In this document: piece after piece, positions 1 through 12,564 of the stretch
Layout: every line of letters starts with the position of its first letter
Numbering within the stretch: position 1 is the first letter of the stretch
From: Malacoraja senta
Taxonomy: Eukaryota
Direction of reading: 5' to 3'
DNA length: 64,000 nt
Assembly (NCBI GenBank): GCA_038087875.1
Contig: JAXLNO010000362.1
Location: forward strand, 1 to 64,000
Notes under the pieces: generated by a model
Told to the model about the DNA's origin: nothing
What the model saw: the letters and a program-made list of their open reading frames with translations, nothing else
The model's database searches: none
Translations under genes and position numbers: made by a program

Positions 1-311
1 CTGTCTAACTGTTTCTTAAACATAGAGATAGTCCCTGCCTCAAGTACCTCCTCCGGCTGCTCGTTCCGTACACCCACCACCCTTTGTGTGAAAGAGTTAC
101 CCCTCAGATTCCTATTAAATCTTTTCACCTATGTCCTCTGGTTCCCCTACTGTGGCCAAGAGATTCAGAGTGTCTACCCGATCTATTCTTCTCATTATTC
201 CACCCCCCCCTTTATAAGATCACCCATCATCCTCCTGCACTCCAGTAATCTGATAACTGAGGGGATGAATCCATTCCTGGATCTAGTGGTACGCTCTTTC
301 AAGCTTTTGTA

Positions 312-1040
312 TTTAGTTTAGTTTAGTTTAGAGATACAGTGCGGAAACTGGCCCTTCGGCCCACCGGATCAGCGCCGACCAGCGATCCCCGCACACTAAC
401 ACTATCCTACGCACACTAGGGACAATTTTTAAAAACATTTACACCAAGTCAATTTACCTACATACCTGTACGTCTTTGGAGTGTGGGAGGAAACAGAAGA
501 TCTCGGAGAAAACCCATGCAGGTCAAGGGGAGAACATCCAAGCTCCGTATTGTCAGCACCCATTGTCGGGATCATAGAAACATAGAAACATAGAAAATAG
601 GTGCAGGAGGAGGCCATTTGGCCCTTCGAGCCAGCACCGCCATTCATTGTGATCATGGCTGATCGTCCCCAAATCAATAACCCGTGCCTGCCTTCTTCCT
701 TTATCCCTTGATTCCATTTACCCCAAGTGCTCTATCTAACTCTCTCTGAAGTCCATCCAGTGACTTGGTCTCCACTGCCCTCTGTGGCAGGGAATTCCAC
801 AAATTCAAAACTCTCTGGGTGAAAAGGTTTTTTCTCGCCTCAGTCTTAAATGGCTTCCCCTTTATTCTAAGACTGTGGCCCCTGGTTCTGGAATCGCCCA
901 ACATTGGGAACATTTTTCCTGCATCTAGCTTGTCCAGTCCTTTTATAATTTTATATGTTGAGGGATGAGAAGGGATCGAACCTGGGTCTTCGGTGCTGCA
1001 TTCGCTGTAAGGCAGCAGCTCTACCACTGTGCCACCGTGC
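312..1040 (-). mobile_element. HE1-like tRNA-derived V-SINE interrupted by a CR1 3' fragment (about 574-957, minus)
   Basis: A/B-box head ggcacggtggcacagtggtagag...gggttcgatcc, V-domain core ttcctcccacactcc, (TAAAC)n tail. The insert encodes a CR1 C-terminus and has an (ATAGAAAC)n tail. Confidence 0.85.
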
Positions 1041-1139
1041 CTCCCGATGGGAGAGGGGAGAAGAGGGAATGGCTGTGGTGTGAGTGGTCCTTGATTATGT
1101 TGGTAGTTTTCCCGAGGCAGCGTGAAGTGTAGATGGAGT

Positions 1140-2572
1140 TAGAAGTTCACAAGTTATAGGAGTAGAATTAGGCCATTCGGCCCATCAAGCCTATTCCCCC
1201 ATTCAGTCATGCCTGATCTCGGCCTCCCAATCCCATCTTCCTGCCTTCTCCCCATAACCCTTGACATCCGTTCTAATCAAGAATTTGTCTATCTCTGCCT
1301 TATAAATATCCAGTCACTTGCCACCTGCAGCAAATAATTCCATTTTCACCTCATCTGACCAAAGAAATTGCTCCTCACCTCCTTTCTAAAAGAGCGGCCT
1401 TTAATTCTGAGGCTATCTCTGGTCCTAGACTCTCCCACCAATGGAAACATCCTTCCCATGTCCACTCTATTCAGGCCTTTCACTATTCTGTACATTTAAA
1501 TGAGGTTCCCCCTCAACCTTCTAAACGCCAGCGAGTACAGGCCCAGTGGCGTCAAACGCTCATCAGACGCTAACCCACTCATTCCAGGAATCATTCTTGT
1601 AAACCTCCTCTGGACCCTCTCAAGAACCAGCACATCCTTCCTCAGATATGGGGCGATAGGCGGGGGGCGAGGTTGGTTTGTGTGATGGGACCGGGCTACG
1701 TCCACAACTCTCTGTGTATTTTCTTATGGTCTTGGGCAGAGCTGTTCCCAAACCAAGATGTGATGCTTCCCGATAGGAAGTATACAGTGGTTCAGTTGAG
1801 TAATTGGGAAACTACCAAATGTTTAAGAGGATGTTGCCAAGACTCGAGGGTCTGAGCTACGCGGAAAGGTTAAGTAGGCTGGGACTCTATTTCTTGGAGC
1901 GCAGGAGGATGAGGGGTGATCTTATAGGGGTGTACAAAATCGAGAGGATTAGATCAGGTAAACGCACAAAATCTCTTGCCCAGAGTAGGGGAATCAAGGA
2001 CCATGGGACATAGTTTTGGTCTCATAATTTGCAGTTTGATCTCCTAATTTGAGGGACATTCTTGTTATTGAGGGAGTGCACTGCAGGTTCACGATGTTAA
2101 TTCCCGGTATGGCGGGACTGTCATATGTTGATAGAATTGAGCGGCTGGGATTGAAGACTCTGGAATTGAGAAGGATGAGAAGGGATCTTATTGAACATAT
2201 AAAATTATTAAGGGATTGGACACGCTGGAGGCAGGAATCATGTTCCCGATGTTGGGGAAGTCCACAACCAGGTGCAACAGTTTAAGAATAAGGGGTAGAC
2301 CATTTAGAACAGAGATGAGGAAAAACATTTTCACCCAGAGAGTTGAGAATCTGTGAAATTCTCTGCCTCAGAAGGCAGTGGAGACCGATTCTCTAGATGC
2401 TTTCAAGAGAGAGTTCGATAGAGCTGTTAAATATAGCGGAGTCAAGTGATACAGGGAGAAGGCAGGAACTGGGTACTGATTGTGGATGATCAGCCATGAT
2501 CACATTAAATGGCGGTTCTGGCTCGAAGAGCCGAAGGGCCTACTCCTCCACCTATTGTCTATTGTCTATTGA
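1140..2572. mobile_element. Cluster of CR1 LINE 3' fragments on both strands
   Basis: LERVQRRFTRMIPG, LGLYSLE.RR.RGDLI and FTQRVVNLWNSLP motifs; (CTATTGT)n tail at about 2552-2572. Confidence 0.9.
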
Positions 2573-3341
2573 CAGGAAATCCACAATAGCCTGCGAGTGA
2601 GCATGAAGGACCTCAGCGAGGGGACTCCCTTCTCACGGGACCAGTTCGTCAGGAAGGTCTTGCTGGAGGCTGTAAATTTGATGCCAGGGACATTTACTGC
2701 CTCCAGGACTTCCCTGGTAACGAATACTTTGATGTCACTTTCAAGTATCCAACGGGATGGCAGAAGCTGATGCAAGAATTCGGGAGAAGGGGAACGAAGC
2801 CCTGTTGTCGCTGCTGAAGAAGCTGGAAGGCCACGAGACAAAGGACTGCCAAGTGAGCAAGAACTGTAACCTGTGCAGGGAGGCAGGTCACCTCTACAGG
2901 GCCTGCCCTAAAAGAGCCTGCACCTACGCACAGGTGATAAGAGGGGATGTTGCCAACACCCCCAGGGTGGGCGGGAAGCCTCCCACCACTGCCAAGACCC
3001 CAGCAGAAAGAGAGGACAGGGATGAGGACAGTCCGACCAACTCGAGCCCCCAACCGCTGGACAGAGACCCCCAGTCCTCTGTCCAGGAGGGAGAGTCAAT
3101 GGAAGAGGGGGAACAGGAGGAGGCATGGCAGGTGGTGAAAAGCAAGAAACACCAGAGGGCTCTGCCCAAAGAGCTAAGGCCGGAGGGAACAGGAAAGTCT
3201 AAGAAAATAGTCCCCTCCCAGACCGACGCCAGCAACCTCTCCTCATCAGAGGATGAAGCGACATCGTGGACCCGACGACGGAGACAGAGGAAGAAAACGG
3301 GTGAGGAGATCGGAAAGGGAAAGGACACACTTGTTGTCCTC

Positions 3342-3490
3342 CAGCTCCAGGAGACCGGGAGCAGTGCAGTGGCCAATGGGCCCCAGCTCCAGGAGACCGG
3401 GATCAGTGCAGCAGCCAATGGGCCCAAGCTCCAGGAGACCGGGACCAGTGCAGCAGCCAATGGGCCCCAGCTCCAGGAGACCAGGAGCAC
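3342..3490 (+). repeat. 42-bp in-frame tandem repeat in Tx1 ORF1 (QLQETGxSAxANGP, about 3.5 copies)
   Basis: Visible in ORF 2757..3614. Confidence 0.9.
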
Positions 3491-3699
3491 TGAATCAGCC
3501 ACCGTACGCCAGCTACAGGAGACGGAGGGGGCGGTGCGCCCAGAAGCGGGTGGAACAAGGAGGGTCCCTCCAACAACTTCAGCTACGCCAGAGGAGACCC
3601 CCCCCCCTCCTTGAGGATGCCAGCACCCAGTACCTGAGCCCCGAAACAGTGCTGCAATTCACCAAAGCGGTGGGCATGTGAGGACAGGCCGGTGGGCAT

Positions 3700-4023
3700 G
3701 GGGGAGTCTGGAACAAGGGGTCACAGTTTAAGGATAAAGGGGAGATCTTTTAGGACTGAGTTGAGAAAACATTTTTTACACAGAGAGTGGTGAATCTCTG
3801 GAATTGTCTGCCACAGAATGTAGTTGAGGCCAGTTCATTGGCTATATTTAAGAGGGAATTAGATGTGGCCCTTGTGGCTAAAGGGATCAGGGGGTATGGA
3901 GAGAAAGCAGGGACAGGATACTGAGTTGGATGATCAGCCATGATCATATTGAATGGCGGTACAGGCTCGAAGGGCCGAATGGCCGACTCCTGCACCTATT
4001 TTCTATGCTTCTATGTTTCTATG
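3700..4023 (+). mobile_element. CR1 3' fragment inserted between Tx1 ORF1 and ORF2
   Basis: CR1 C-terminus and 3' UTR ending in (TTTCTATG)n. Confidence 0.85.
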
Positions 4024-6980
4024 ACAAGATGATGGTCAGTGACTCTTTAAGGGCAATGGAGCTAAAACTGGCATCGCTAAACATGCGCAGTGTGAAGAAC
4101 ACTGTGCGATGTGTAAACGCCTCGCAGTATCTGGCCACACGGACTGTCGGTATGGTCGGGGGACAATGATTGCCGCGCTTCCCGTCCGGGGATCTTGCTG
4201 CGGGGAGGGAGCTTCGCCATCACTGAGGTCAGGGAGGTGGTTGGGGGGGGGTGGGGCTTCTCCTGGTGGTGGATGTAATGTACCGTGGCTCTCTGCTCCG
4301 GCTGACTAATGTGTACCGGAAGGCAGGCAGGCAGAGGGACGTGGAAGTTAAATGTAAAGCTGTTTATCCCAAAGTACATTGAGGAGCTAAAGAGGGACAA
4401 TGCATGTTGGAGAACGGTGAGGCCCCTCTTTGACTCCCCGACACACTGGTGGGAAGCAACCCAGGAGAACATCAAGAGGTTCTTCATATTTAAAGGGGTT
4501 CAGAGAGCAAGACAGAGTCAGAGGGAATTGTGTCAACTCCAGACAGATTTGTAGCAACTGCTCCTTCTGCAGTCGAGAGGGGGGGATGTGAGGGAGGAAC
4601 TTAGAGAGTTGAAGGGCCAGAAAACCCGGCTCTTTACCTCCGAATCCTCCAAGATCATCTTCTGATCCAGGGTCCGCCATGTGGAGCAGGATGAGACGTG
4701 CTCACGCTTCTGCTTCCATAAGGTTCACAGGGCGAGCTCTGTGATCAACAGCCTTAGGGAGGAGGACGGCTCGGTAACATCCTTGCAGACGGACATGCTG
4801 AGGATCTGCACATCCTTTTCTACGGATTTGTGCGACAGAAAGGCCACAGAGAGCACCGCCTCCCAGAACTTCCTGTCCTCTATCACGGAGGTCTTGGAGG
4901 ACAGCAAGCAGGAGAGTCTGGACCAACAACTGACCCCAGAGGAGCTGACTGGTTCCATCCGTCCCTTTGACTCGAGTAAAACTCCCAGAAGCGATGGCTT
5001 ATCTGCCGAGTTGTATTCGGCTCTGTGGGACTGGGTGGGCCTGGACCTGCTGGAAGTGTACAATGACATGCTTCTTACCGGCAGCATGTCAGACTCTATG
5101 AGGAAGGGCAGCATCACCCTAATCTACAGCAGAAGGGGGAGATGAATGATATAAGGAATTGGAGACCCATCACATTATTGAATGTTGATTACAAGATGCT
5201 GTCTAAGGCCATCGCCAACCGGGTCAAGTCTGCCCTGGGATGGGTGATCCACCCAAACTAAACCTGTGCTGTACCTGGCAGAAAAATCACAGACAGCCTG
5301 GCGCTGCTGAGAGATACCATTGCCTACATGCAGGACAGACAGGTGGATGCCTGCCTGGTCAGCTTGGACCAGGAGAAGACCTTCGACAGGACATCGCACA
5401 CGTACATGAGGGACGTGCTCTCCAAAATGGGCTTTGGGAAGAGAATCAGAAAATTTGATCCAACTGCTCTACACCGATATCTGTAGTGCAGTCCAAATCA
5501 ATGGGTGGGAACCAGACAGCTTCCCCGTCAGGTCTGGAGTTAGGCAGGGTTGCCCTCTCTCCCCTGCCTTGTTCGTCTGTTGTATTGAACCTTTTGCCGA
5601 GTCCATCAGCAAGGATGCGAGCATAAGAGGAGTGACATTGCCAGGCAGTGGGGACACTCGGGTCAAAACCTCCCTGTACATGGACGATGTCGCTGTCTTC
5701 TGCTCGGATCCAGGGTTGGTCCGCAGATTGATTAGCGTCTGCGACCATTTTGAGTCGGCCACGGGAGCCACGGTGAACCGCAGGAAGCGCGAGGCCTTGC
5801 TCTTTGGCAACTGGCCCAACCGTTCTTCCGTCCCCTTCACCATCAAGCCTGAAGGTGCTGGGGATCTGGTTCGAGGGGGCTGAGGCATGTGACAAGATTT
5901 TGCTGGAGCGGATAGCCAAGGTTGTGAAGAAACTGGAGCTGTGGAAGCAACGCTCCCTCTCTATAACGGGAAAGAACTTGGTCATCAGGTGTGAGGTGCT
6001 CTTGGGGCTGCTGTACTTGGCGCAAGTGTGGCCTGTCCCTCCTATGCCACAGGGATCACCCGGGCCGTCTTCCAGATCATCCGGGGGTCGAGGATGGACC
6101 GGGTGCGTCGGGCCACAATACACAAGTTGGAAGACAAAGGGGGTAAAAGCGTACCCAACGTCACCCTCACGCTGATGGCCACCTTCGTGTGTGGCTGCAT
6201 CAGGCGGAGCGTACAGCCTAGGCACGTGGGCACCAAGTTTCACTACCTGTTGAGGTTCTACCTGTCCCCGGTGTTGCGAAGGATGGGCCTGGGGCTCGTG
6301 CCATGAAATATGCCAGTCAGCTGGACATTGTGCGCCATATGTCGTTTATGTAAAGGTTCTTCCAGACCAACACCTTTGACCACAAGTCCATCGGGCAGTG
6401 GTCAGCACGGAACGTCCTGCAGGCAATGCAGCGAACTGACTCGATGGATCCTGTGGCGTGGTTCCCAGAGCAGACTGCCCAGCTTGTCTGGCGAAATGCC
6501 TCATCGCCACAACTCAACAACAAGCACCAAGTCCTGGGTTGGCTGGCGGTGAGGGGAGCCCTCCCAGTCAGATCCTTCCTGCACCGTCGGAACCTCACTA
6601 CCAGCGCACGCTGCCCTTGGGATGGCTGCTATGGAGATGAGACGGTTGCCCACCTCTTTGCAGAGTGTGGATTTGCAAAGACAGTCTGGAGATGTTTGCA
6701 AGGGTCCCTGTCACGATTTATTCTGAACAGCTCTGTCACAGTGGACTCTGTGATTTACGGACTGTTCCCAGGGACACATTCAGAGACTGACATCGAGTGC
6801 TGCTGGAAGGTCATGAACTCGGTGAAAGACGCCCTTTGGTCTGCCCAAGCTTTGTTGACCACCCAGTGGAGCGGGATGTCTGTCGGAGAATGTTGCCGAC
6901 TGGCCCGCTGCAGACTGCAGGAGTACGTGCTGAGGGACACACTGAAGCTTGGTGCAGCAAACGCCAAGGCTCGGTGGGGG

Positions 6981-7625
6981 GGGGGGGACCTCTACGCAGG
7001 GATTCTCCCCCTCTACATCAGGGACCTGGGGTGGAGGATATTGCACCGGAGTCCCCTGCAACCTGTTTCTCTCGTGGTTCACAGACTCGCCAGCCGTCTG
7101 CCACTTTTGCGGGCTGGAAGCATCTGTGAGCCACGTGTATATGGAGTGTGTGAGGCTGCATCCCCTGTTCCAATATCTAAAGCGGCTGCTACTTGCCTTC
7201 TGGCTGCATTTCTCACCCACCATCCTCATCTTTGGACACCCTGCGCATGAGGGAGAGGGTAGGGCTGAAGATGTCCTGGTTGGGTTGCTCCTGGGCCTGG
7301 CCAAGCTGGTCATCCGCGAGTCACTGCGTCAGGTGGAAGAGGGCTCTGCCCGAGCCAGCTGCCTGCCCCTTTTCCGGGGTTACGTCCGCGCCCGGGTGGT
7401 GTTAGAGAGGGAATACCCGCTGTCCACGGGCAACCTGGGGGATTTCCGGGACCGTTGGGCACCGCGGGGGGTGGAATGCATCCTTGACAAGGATTGTAAC
7501 ATAGTTGTATAGTAGTTTATTTAGTATATTTGTTGGTCTTGTATTGTGGTGGTGGGTTCTGGTTTGTTTTTATTGTTTTGTAAATATTATTTTTAATAAT
7601 TGATTACATTTTTTGATATTAAAAA
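6981..7625 (+). mobile_element. Second Tx1-family 3' fragment nested in the first
   Basis: DLGWRILH and CHFCGLEASVSHVYMEC zf-RVT motifs, GT-rich UTR, A tail. Flanked by aaggctcggtggggg (6966-6980) and aaggctcagtgaggg (7626-7640). Confidence 0.85.
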
Positions 7626-8024
7626 AAGGCTCAGTGAGGGAGGCCCACAGTCTAGGGTCCTTCCGCTGCTGGACATGGGGGGCAGGGTGTGGTGGAGACG
7701 CCCCTCAAAAATAAGGGAAAGGATTCCACGCCAGTGGGCCACATGAGTGGCAAGGGTGGGGGATAAATTTGTGTAATTTGTGTAAACATTATTGAATGTA
7801 TGTATAGCCTCCGAGAATGTTGGATGGAGTCTTGTAAGGATCATCTATTGGATATATTTATTTCTCCAATAAAGTATATTTTGAAATTTTTTAAATAGGA
7901 AGCTTTAGAAAGGACACAATCGTGACTTTTACAAGATATTCAGACGGGAATGTAAGAATCAAATACACAGGACAAGATGTTAAGAAGTCCCTTGTGCCAA
8001 TAGGTGGGGAGCATTTCACGACAT

Positions 8025-10680
8025 TCGTTGATTGTTGAGAGTGGTAGACGCTCAACATCGGGGGGGGGGTGGGGGGGGTAACCTTCAGGACAGTCGGGCA
8101 CAGGACACATCATCAGTAGTGTACCCTTGCATCACTGGGTGTTTCGGCCTTTTAACACTATACACCCTCCACAAGGGCGGCCCGCTGCAGGATGATCAAC
8201 CCTCAGCGCATGTCCCGTGTCAAACCGTCCCAAAGATTCACCCCGACATACTTGGGGCCCAGCATGGGTCTTTCCGCTTGAGCCAAATCCACCGGCTGCT
8301 TCTTTCAGCCGCCTCTGAGAGTGATCTTATGGTCTTCCGCAGAGCCTGACCGTGGATTCCAAGCTCCTTCAGCAGTCTGATGGTAGATGACGCAACAAAT
8401 CCTCTGCATCCCACTTCAACTGGATAGACTTTGGTGTTCCAGCCACGCTGCGTTGCCTCTGCTGCAAGCTCTGCGTAGCGCAGCTTCTTACGCTCATAGG
8501 CCTCCTCAACAGAGTTCTCCCATGGAACTGTGAGCTCTATGATGTAAGCAGTCTTCTGTGAAGGGGACCAGAACACCAAGTCTGGCCTGAGGGTGGTGGA
8601 AGCAATTTCAGGTGGAAAAATTAGTTGTTGGCTGATGTCCGCCAGCATCCTCCAGTCACGGGCCCTGCATTGGCTTCCTTCTTCTGATCTGGTGGAAGGA
8701 AGTTTAGAAGTTTTCTGTCCTTCTCGGACAAAGGTTATTACCCTTAGGGGAGGGTTGCTTGCTCTCGGAGGCAAGGAGTTGGTCGCACACCGCCTGTTCT
8801 CAAGGGCTGATGCCAGGCTTTTTAGTACCTGATTATGCCGCCACGTGTATCTCCCTTGCGTGAGGCTGGTCTTGCAGCCTACCATGATGTGTTTGAGGGT
8901 CGCTGGAGTTGGGCAGATGGCACAGGTTGGATCCTCGCCGTACCACTGATGGAGGTTCTTTGGTGATGGAAGCACGTCATATGTCGCTCTGATGATGAAG
9001 CTGATCTTGCTTGCTTCCATTTCCCATAGTTCTTTCCAGCTGATCTTCCTCCGCTCCACACCTTCCCACTGCATCCATTGCCCCTGCTTGGCAAGAGAGA
9101 CCGCCTTTGCACTTCTTGCGGCCTCCTCCTGTCGCCGCACCTCCTCAACCACCAACGTCCTCCGCTCTGATGTTGTGGCCTTTCGCCAAGTTGGTTTACT
9201 TGTCGTAAGGCCAAAGCCTCCTCTTCCCTGCTGGACTTGCCCCACTATGTCTTTGTGCCTCAGGGCTGATGAAGCTTGCTGTACTGCATCAGATGGTGTC
9301 CACTTCCGGCCAGTTGCTAGGGGCGGCGCAACAGCACTGATGATCTTGTCTCTAGAGTCCCTCAGTGTCATCTGGAGTCTTACTTTAGAACACTTATATT
9401 CCTCTGTTAGACTAGTGAGAGGTAGTTCCAGGACCCCTTTGCCATAGAGGCCGATGTTAGTTAGACATCGTGGGACACCGAGCCATTTCTTCACGTATGA
9501 AGTTATGGTTCGCTCCATCTTCTCCACAGTTGTTATTGGGGCTTCATAAACGGTCAGTGGCCACATTGTCCGAGGAAGGAGTCCAAACTGTAGGCACCAG
9601 AGCTTCAGTTTCCCAGGCAGTAGGGTCTGATTGATGTTCTCCAGTCCATTGACAATTTCTTGCCTTAGTTGTTGCACCTGCTCTTTGTCCTTGAGACTTG
9701 CGTTATACCATCTTCCCATGCTTTTAACTGGCTGCTCAGACACTGTTGGTATTGGGTCGTCACCAATACAGAACCTTGTGTCTCTAAGCACCCCCTTGAC
9801 TATGGAGATGCTTCGAGATTTACTTGGTTTGATTTTCATTCGGGCCCACTTGATGTTCTCCTGCAGCTTTCCAAGTAGCCGCTTGGTGCATGCTGCAGTA
9901 GTGGTTAGTGTTGTCATGTCGTCCATGTATGCCCTGATGGGTGGCAGACGGAGCCCAGCCCTGGTTCGTTCACCGCCCACCACCCATTTTGAGGCCCTGA
10001 TGATGACTTCCATGGCCATTGTAAAGGCCAAGGGTGAGACTGTGCAGCCTGCCATGATGCCTACTTCCAAGCGCTGCCATGTTGTACTGAAGTCAGCTGT
10101 TGTGAAGCACAGCTGCAGGTCTTGGTAATATTTCTTGACCAGTGTGGTGATGAGCTCTGGTACATGGAAAAAGGCAAAAGATTCCCAAAGGAGTTCATGG
10201 GGAACTGAACCAAATGCATTGGCCAGATCGAGGAAGATCACATGTAGGTCTCTCTTGTCCTTCTTAGCTGCTTGGATCTGGTGCCAGATCATGCTTGTAT
10301 GCTCCAAGCAACCCGAAAATCCTGGAATTCCTGCTTTCTGTACAGATGTATCAATGTACTTGTTTGTTACCAGATAGGTGGACAGCCTTTGTGATACAAT
10401 GCTAAAAAAGATTTTTCCCTCGACGTTGAGGAGACATATTGGCCGGAATTGGCTGATGTCTGACGAATCCTTTTCTTTAGGTATTAGCACGCCGCCGGCC
10501 CTTCGCCAAGCCTTAGGTATTGTTTGCTTCTTCCACACCACCCTCATGAGCTTCCATAGAAAGCGTAACACATCTGGTGCGTTCTTATAGAGCTTGTATG
10601 GTACTCCGTTTGGCCCCGGAGCTGAAGCTGCTCTTGCTCGCCGGACCGTGTTCTCCACCTCTTTCCATCTCGGAGGAAGG
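8025..10680 (-). mobile_element. 5'-truncated RLE-type (R2 superfamily, HERO-like) non-LTR retrotransposon
   Basis: Uninterrupted ORF 8238-10658 with RT and a restriction-like endonuclease; short 3' UTR whose end is approximate. Confidence 0.88.
8238..10658 (-). CDS. RT + CCHC knuckle + PD-(D/E)xK endonuclease polyprotein (N-truncated, 806 aa)
   Basis: FRPICLLN, FLDLANAFGSV, GIMAGC, YMDD, CAICPTPATLKHIMVGC, RYTWRHNQVL, LRPDLV...IIELTVPWE. Confidence 0.92.
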   Translation of the reverse strand: MENTVRRARAASAPGPNGVPYKLYKNAPDVLRFLWKLMRVVWKKQTIPKAWRRAGGVLIPKEKDSSDISQFRPICLLNVEGKIFFSIVSQRLSTYLVTNKYIDTSVQKAGIPGFSGCLEHTSMIWHQIQAAKKDKRDLHVIFLDLANAFGSVPHELLWESFAFFHVPELITTLVKKYYQDLQLCFTTADFSTTWQRLEVGIMAGCTVSPLAFTMAMEVIIRASKWVVGGERTRAGLRLPPIRAYMDDMTTLTTTAACTKRLLGKLQENIKWARMKIKPSKSRSISIVKGVLRDTRFCIGDDPIPTVSEQPVKSMGRWYNASLKDKEQVQQLRQEIVNGLENINQTLLPGKLKLWCLQFGLLPRTMWPLTVYEAPITTVEKMERTITSYVKKWLGVPRCLTNIGLYGKGVLELPLTSLTEEYKCSKVRLQMTLRDSRDKIISAVAPPLATGRKWTPSDAVQQASSALRHKDIVGQVQQGRGGFGLTTSKPTWRKATTSERRTLVVEEVRRQEEAARSAKAVSLAKQGQWMQWEGVERRKISWKELWEMEASKISFIIRATYDVLPSPKNLHQWYGEDPTCAICPTPATLKHIMVGCKTSLTQGRYTWRHNQVLKSLASALENRRCATNSLPPRASNPPLRVITFVREGQKTSKLPSTRSEEGSQCRARDWRMLADISQQLIFPPEIASTTLRPDLVFWSPSQKTAYIIELTVPWENSVEEAYERKKLRYAELAAEATQRGWNTKVYPVEVGCRGFVASSTIRLLKELGIHGQALRKTIRSLSEAAERSSRWIWLKRKDPCWAPSMSG

Positions 10681-10711
10681 GTTTAGTTTAGTTTAGAGAT
10701 ACAGCGAGGAA

Positions 10712-11214
10712 ATATAGAAAATAGGTGCATTTGGCCATTCGAGCCATTCAATTTGATCATGGCAGACCATCCAAAATCAGTACCCCGTTCCTGCTTTCTC
10801 CTCATATCCCTCAATTCCATTAGCCCAAAGAGCTAAATCTAACTCTTGAAAACATCCAGTGAATTGGCCTCCACTGCCTTCTGTGGCAGAGAATTCCCAG
10901 ATTCACAACTCTCTGGGTGAAAACGATTTTCCTCATCATAGTCCTAAATGGCCGACCCCTTATTCTTAAACTGTGACCCCTGGTTCTGGACTCCCCCTAG
11001 CATCGGGAACATTTTCCCTGCATCTTGCCTGTCCAATCAAGGATTTATATGTTTCTATAAAATTCCCTCTCATCCTTCTAAATTCCAGTGAATACAAGCC
11101 CAGTCGATCCATTCTTTCATCATGTGTCAGTCCTGCCATCCCGGGCATTAACCCGGTGAACCTACGCTGCACTCCCTCAATAGCAAGAATGTCCTTCCTC
11201 AAATTAGGAGAACA
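10712..11214 (-). mobile_element. CR1 3' fragment
   Basis: RKDILAIEGVQRRFT...LGLYSLEFRRMRG and CR1 3' UTR. Confidence 0.88.
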
Positions 11215-11278
11215 AAAATCAAATAAAAGAGATGTTTAAAACATAATTCTGAGACATGTGACTGTAATGGTTCAGCAT

Positions 11279-11284
11279 TTTAAT
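11279..11284 (-). terminator. Candidate polyadenylation signal ATTAAA for the Siglec-like gene
   Basis: Lies at the end of unique AT-rich sequence about 960 nt after the stop codon, followed by U-rich sequence. Confidence 0.3.
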
Positions 11285-11397
11285 CTCTTTGTTTACAAAT
11301 GCAACAAATCCAAATCCTCTGCAGAAAACATGTAATGATATAAAAATAGTATCAGGATTAATCTTGCACCTGCTCCACTATTAGATGACCATGACTG

Positions 11398-11706
11398 ATT
11401 AGTTTTAGTTTAGTGTAGTCTAGAGACACAGCGCGGAAACAGGACCTTCGGCCCACCGAGTCAGCGCCGACCAGCGATCCCCACACACTACACACACCAG
11501 GGACAATTTACATTTACAGCAAGCCATTAACCTACAAACCAGCCCATCTTTGGAGTGTGGGAGGAAACCGAAGATCCCGGAGAAAACCCACGCAGGTCAC
11601 GGGGAGAACGTACAAACTCCGTACAGACAGCACCTGTAGTCAGGATCGAACCCGGGTCTCTGGCGCTGTGAGGCAGCAACTCTACCGCTGCGCCACCGTG
11701 CCGCCC
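11398..11706 (-). mobile_element. Full-length HE1-like V-SINE in the putative 3' UTR
   Basis: Head ggcggcacggtggcgcagcggtagag...gggttcgatcc, V-domain, (TAAAC)-like tail. Confidence 0.9.
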
Positions 11707-12240
11707 TTTGTCAGATTTCCAGCGTCTGCATTTCATTATTATTATTACTCACCAATGCCACACAGAGAGCTGCTTGTTATGTAACTTGTTATAGAACATG
11801 GCGCTACAAGAGCAAGAGGGCGTTTCAGAGTTTCAGAATAGCATTAGCAACAATCCCACAGGATTCTCAAAACATAAAGGTCTTCATTTAATATCTACGA
11901 GTCTATTTTGTAACTGCAGGTAAAGTCTGTGTTTAACAGACTATCATTTGATCAGTGTCAATAGAAGCAATTATTGTCAATGTTAATAGTTACCCGCAGA
12001 ACAGTTTGTGTTCTAAAGAAACAAAGGCTTTTTTAAAGAGATACTGTGGGGAAACAGGCCCTTCGGCCCAGCGAGTCCGCACCGACCATCGATATCCGTT
12101 CACACACTAGTTCTATGTTATCCCACTATTTCATCTATAGAGGGTTAATTAATCTATAAAACCCAAGGTAGTTAAGGCTGGTGTAGCGCTCCCTCCCTCA
12201 TCACCGCCCCTCCCTCCACACCGCCCCTCCATCCTCCCAC

Positions 12241-12432
12241 CTACCCCTTCCCCTGCTTAGACTGGAACCAGAGCGTCGCGTATTCCACCCCCTCGCCACT
12301 ATGCGCGGTGTCTCCGCTGCTCGGCACCTCCCGCAGGTTGGCGTACACGGCCGCTTGCTCTCCCCCCTCTCCAGATTCCCCTCCTCCTTTCAGCTCCTCT
12401 GGGGCCGGCCTGTCCTGTCCACTCCCCGCGCT
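12241..12432 (-). CDS. Siglec/MAG-like receptor, last coding exon with tyrosine motifs AVYANL and VEYATL
   Basis: Acceptor ccctttccttccag, phase 0, 64 codons ending in TAG at 12243-12241. VEYATL is a canonical ITIM. Confidence 0.88.
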   Translation of the reverse strand, partial: SAGSGQDRPAPEELKGGGESGEGGEQAAVYANLREVPSSGDTAHSGEGVEYATLWFQSKQGKG

Positions 12433-12564
12433 CTGGAAGGAAAGGGAAGCAGACGGGCAGTTGTGGGTTTAGTACAGAGCAGTGCGCGGTGTGGCCCGGC
12501 ATTTAATACCATCAGCGAGAAGGTTCCCACAGACCCAGGTTCAGCCATGTTGTTTATGTTCTCC

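Larger units (their letters stand above)
2573..7895 (+). mobile_element. Tx1-clade LINE, degraded (ORF1 zinc knuckle; ORF2 partial APE, RT, zf-RVT; 3' UTR)
   Basis: CNLCREAGHLYRAC in ORF1; SLNMRS, NWRPITLLNVDYK, GVRQGCPLSP, YMDD and RCPWDGC...ETVAHLFAEC in ORF2; many frameshifts and stops; AATAAA at 7868. Confidence 0.9.

Noticed and set aside
11640..11706. tRNA gene
   Set aside because: tRNA-derived SINE head continuing into the V-domain and tail.
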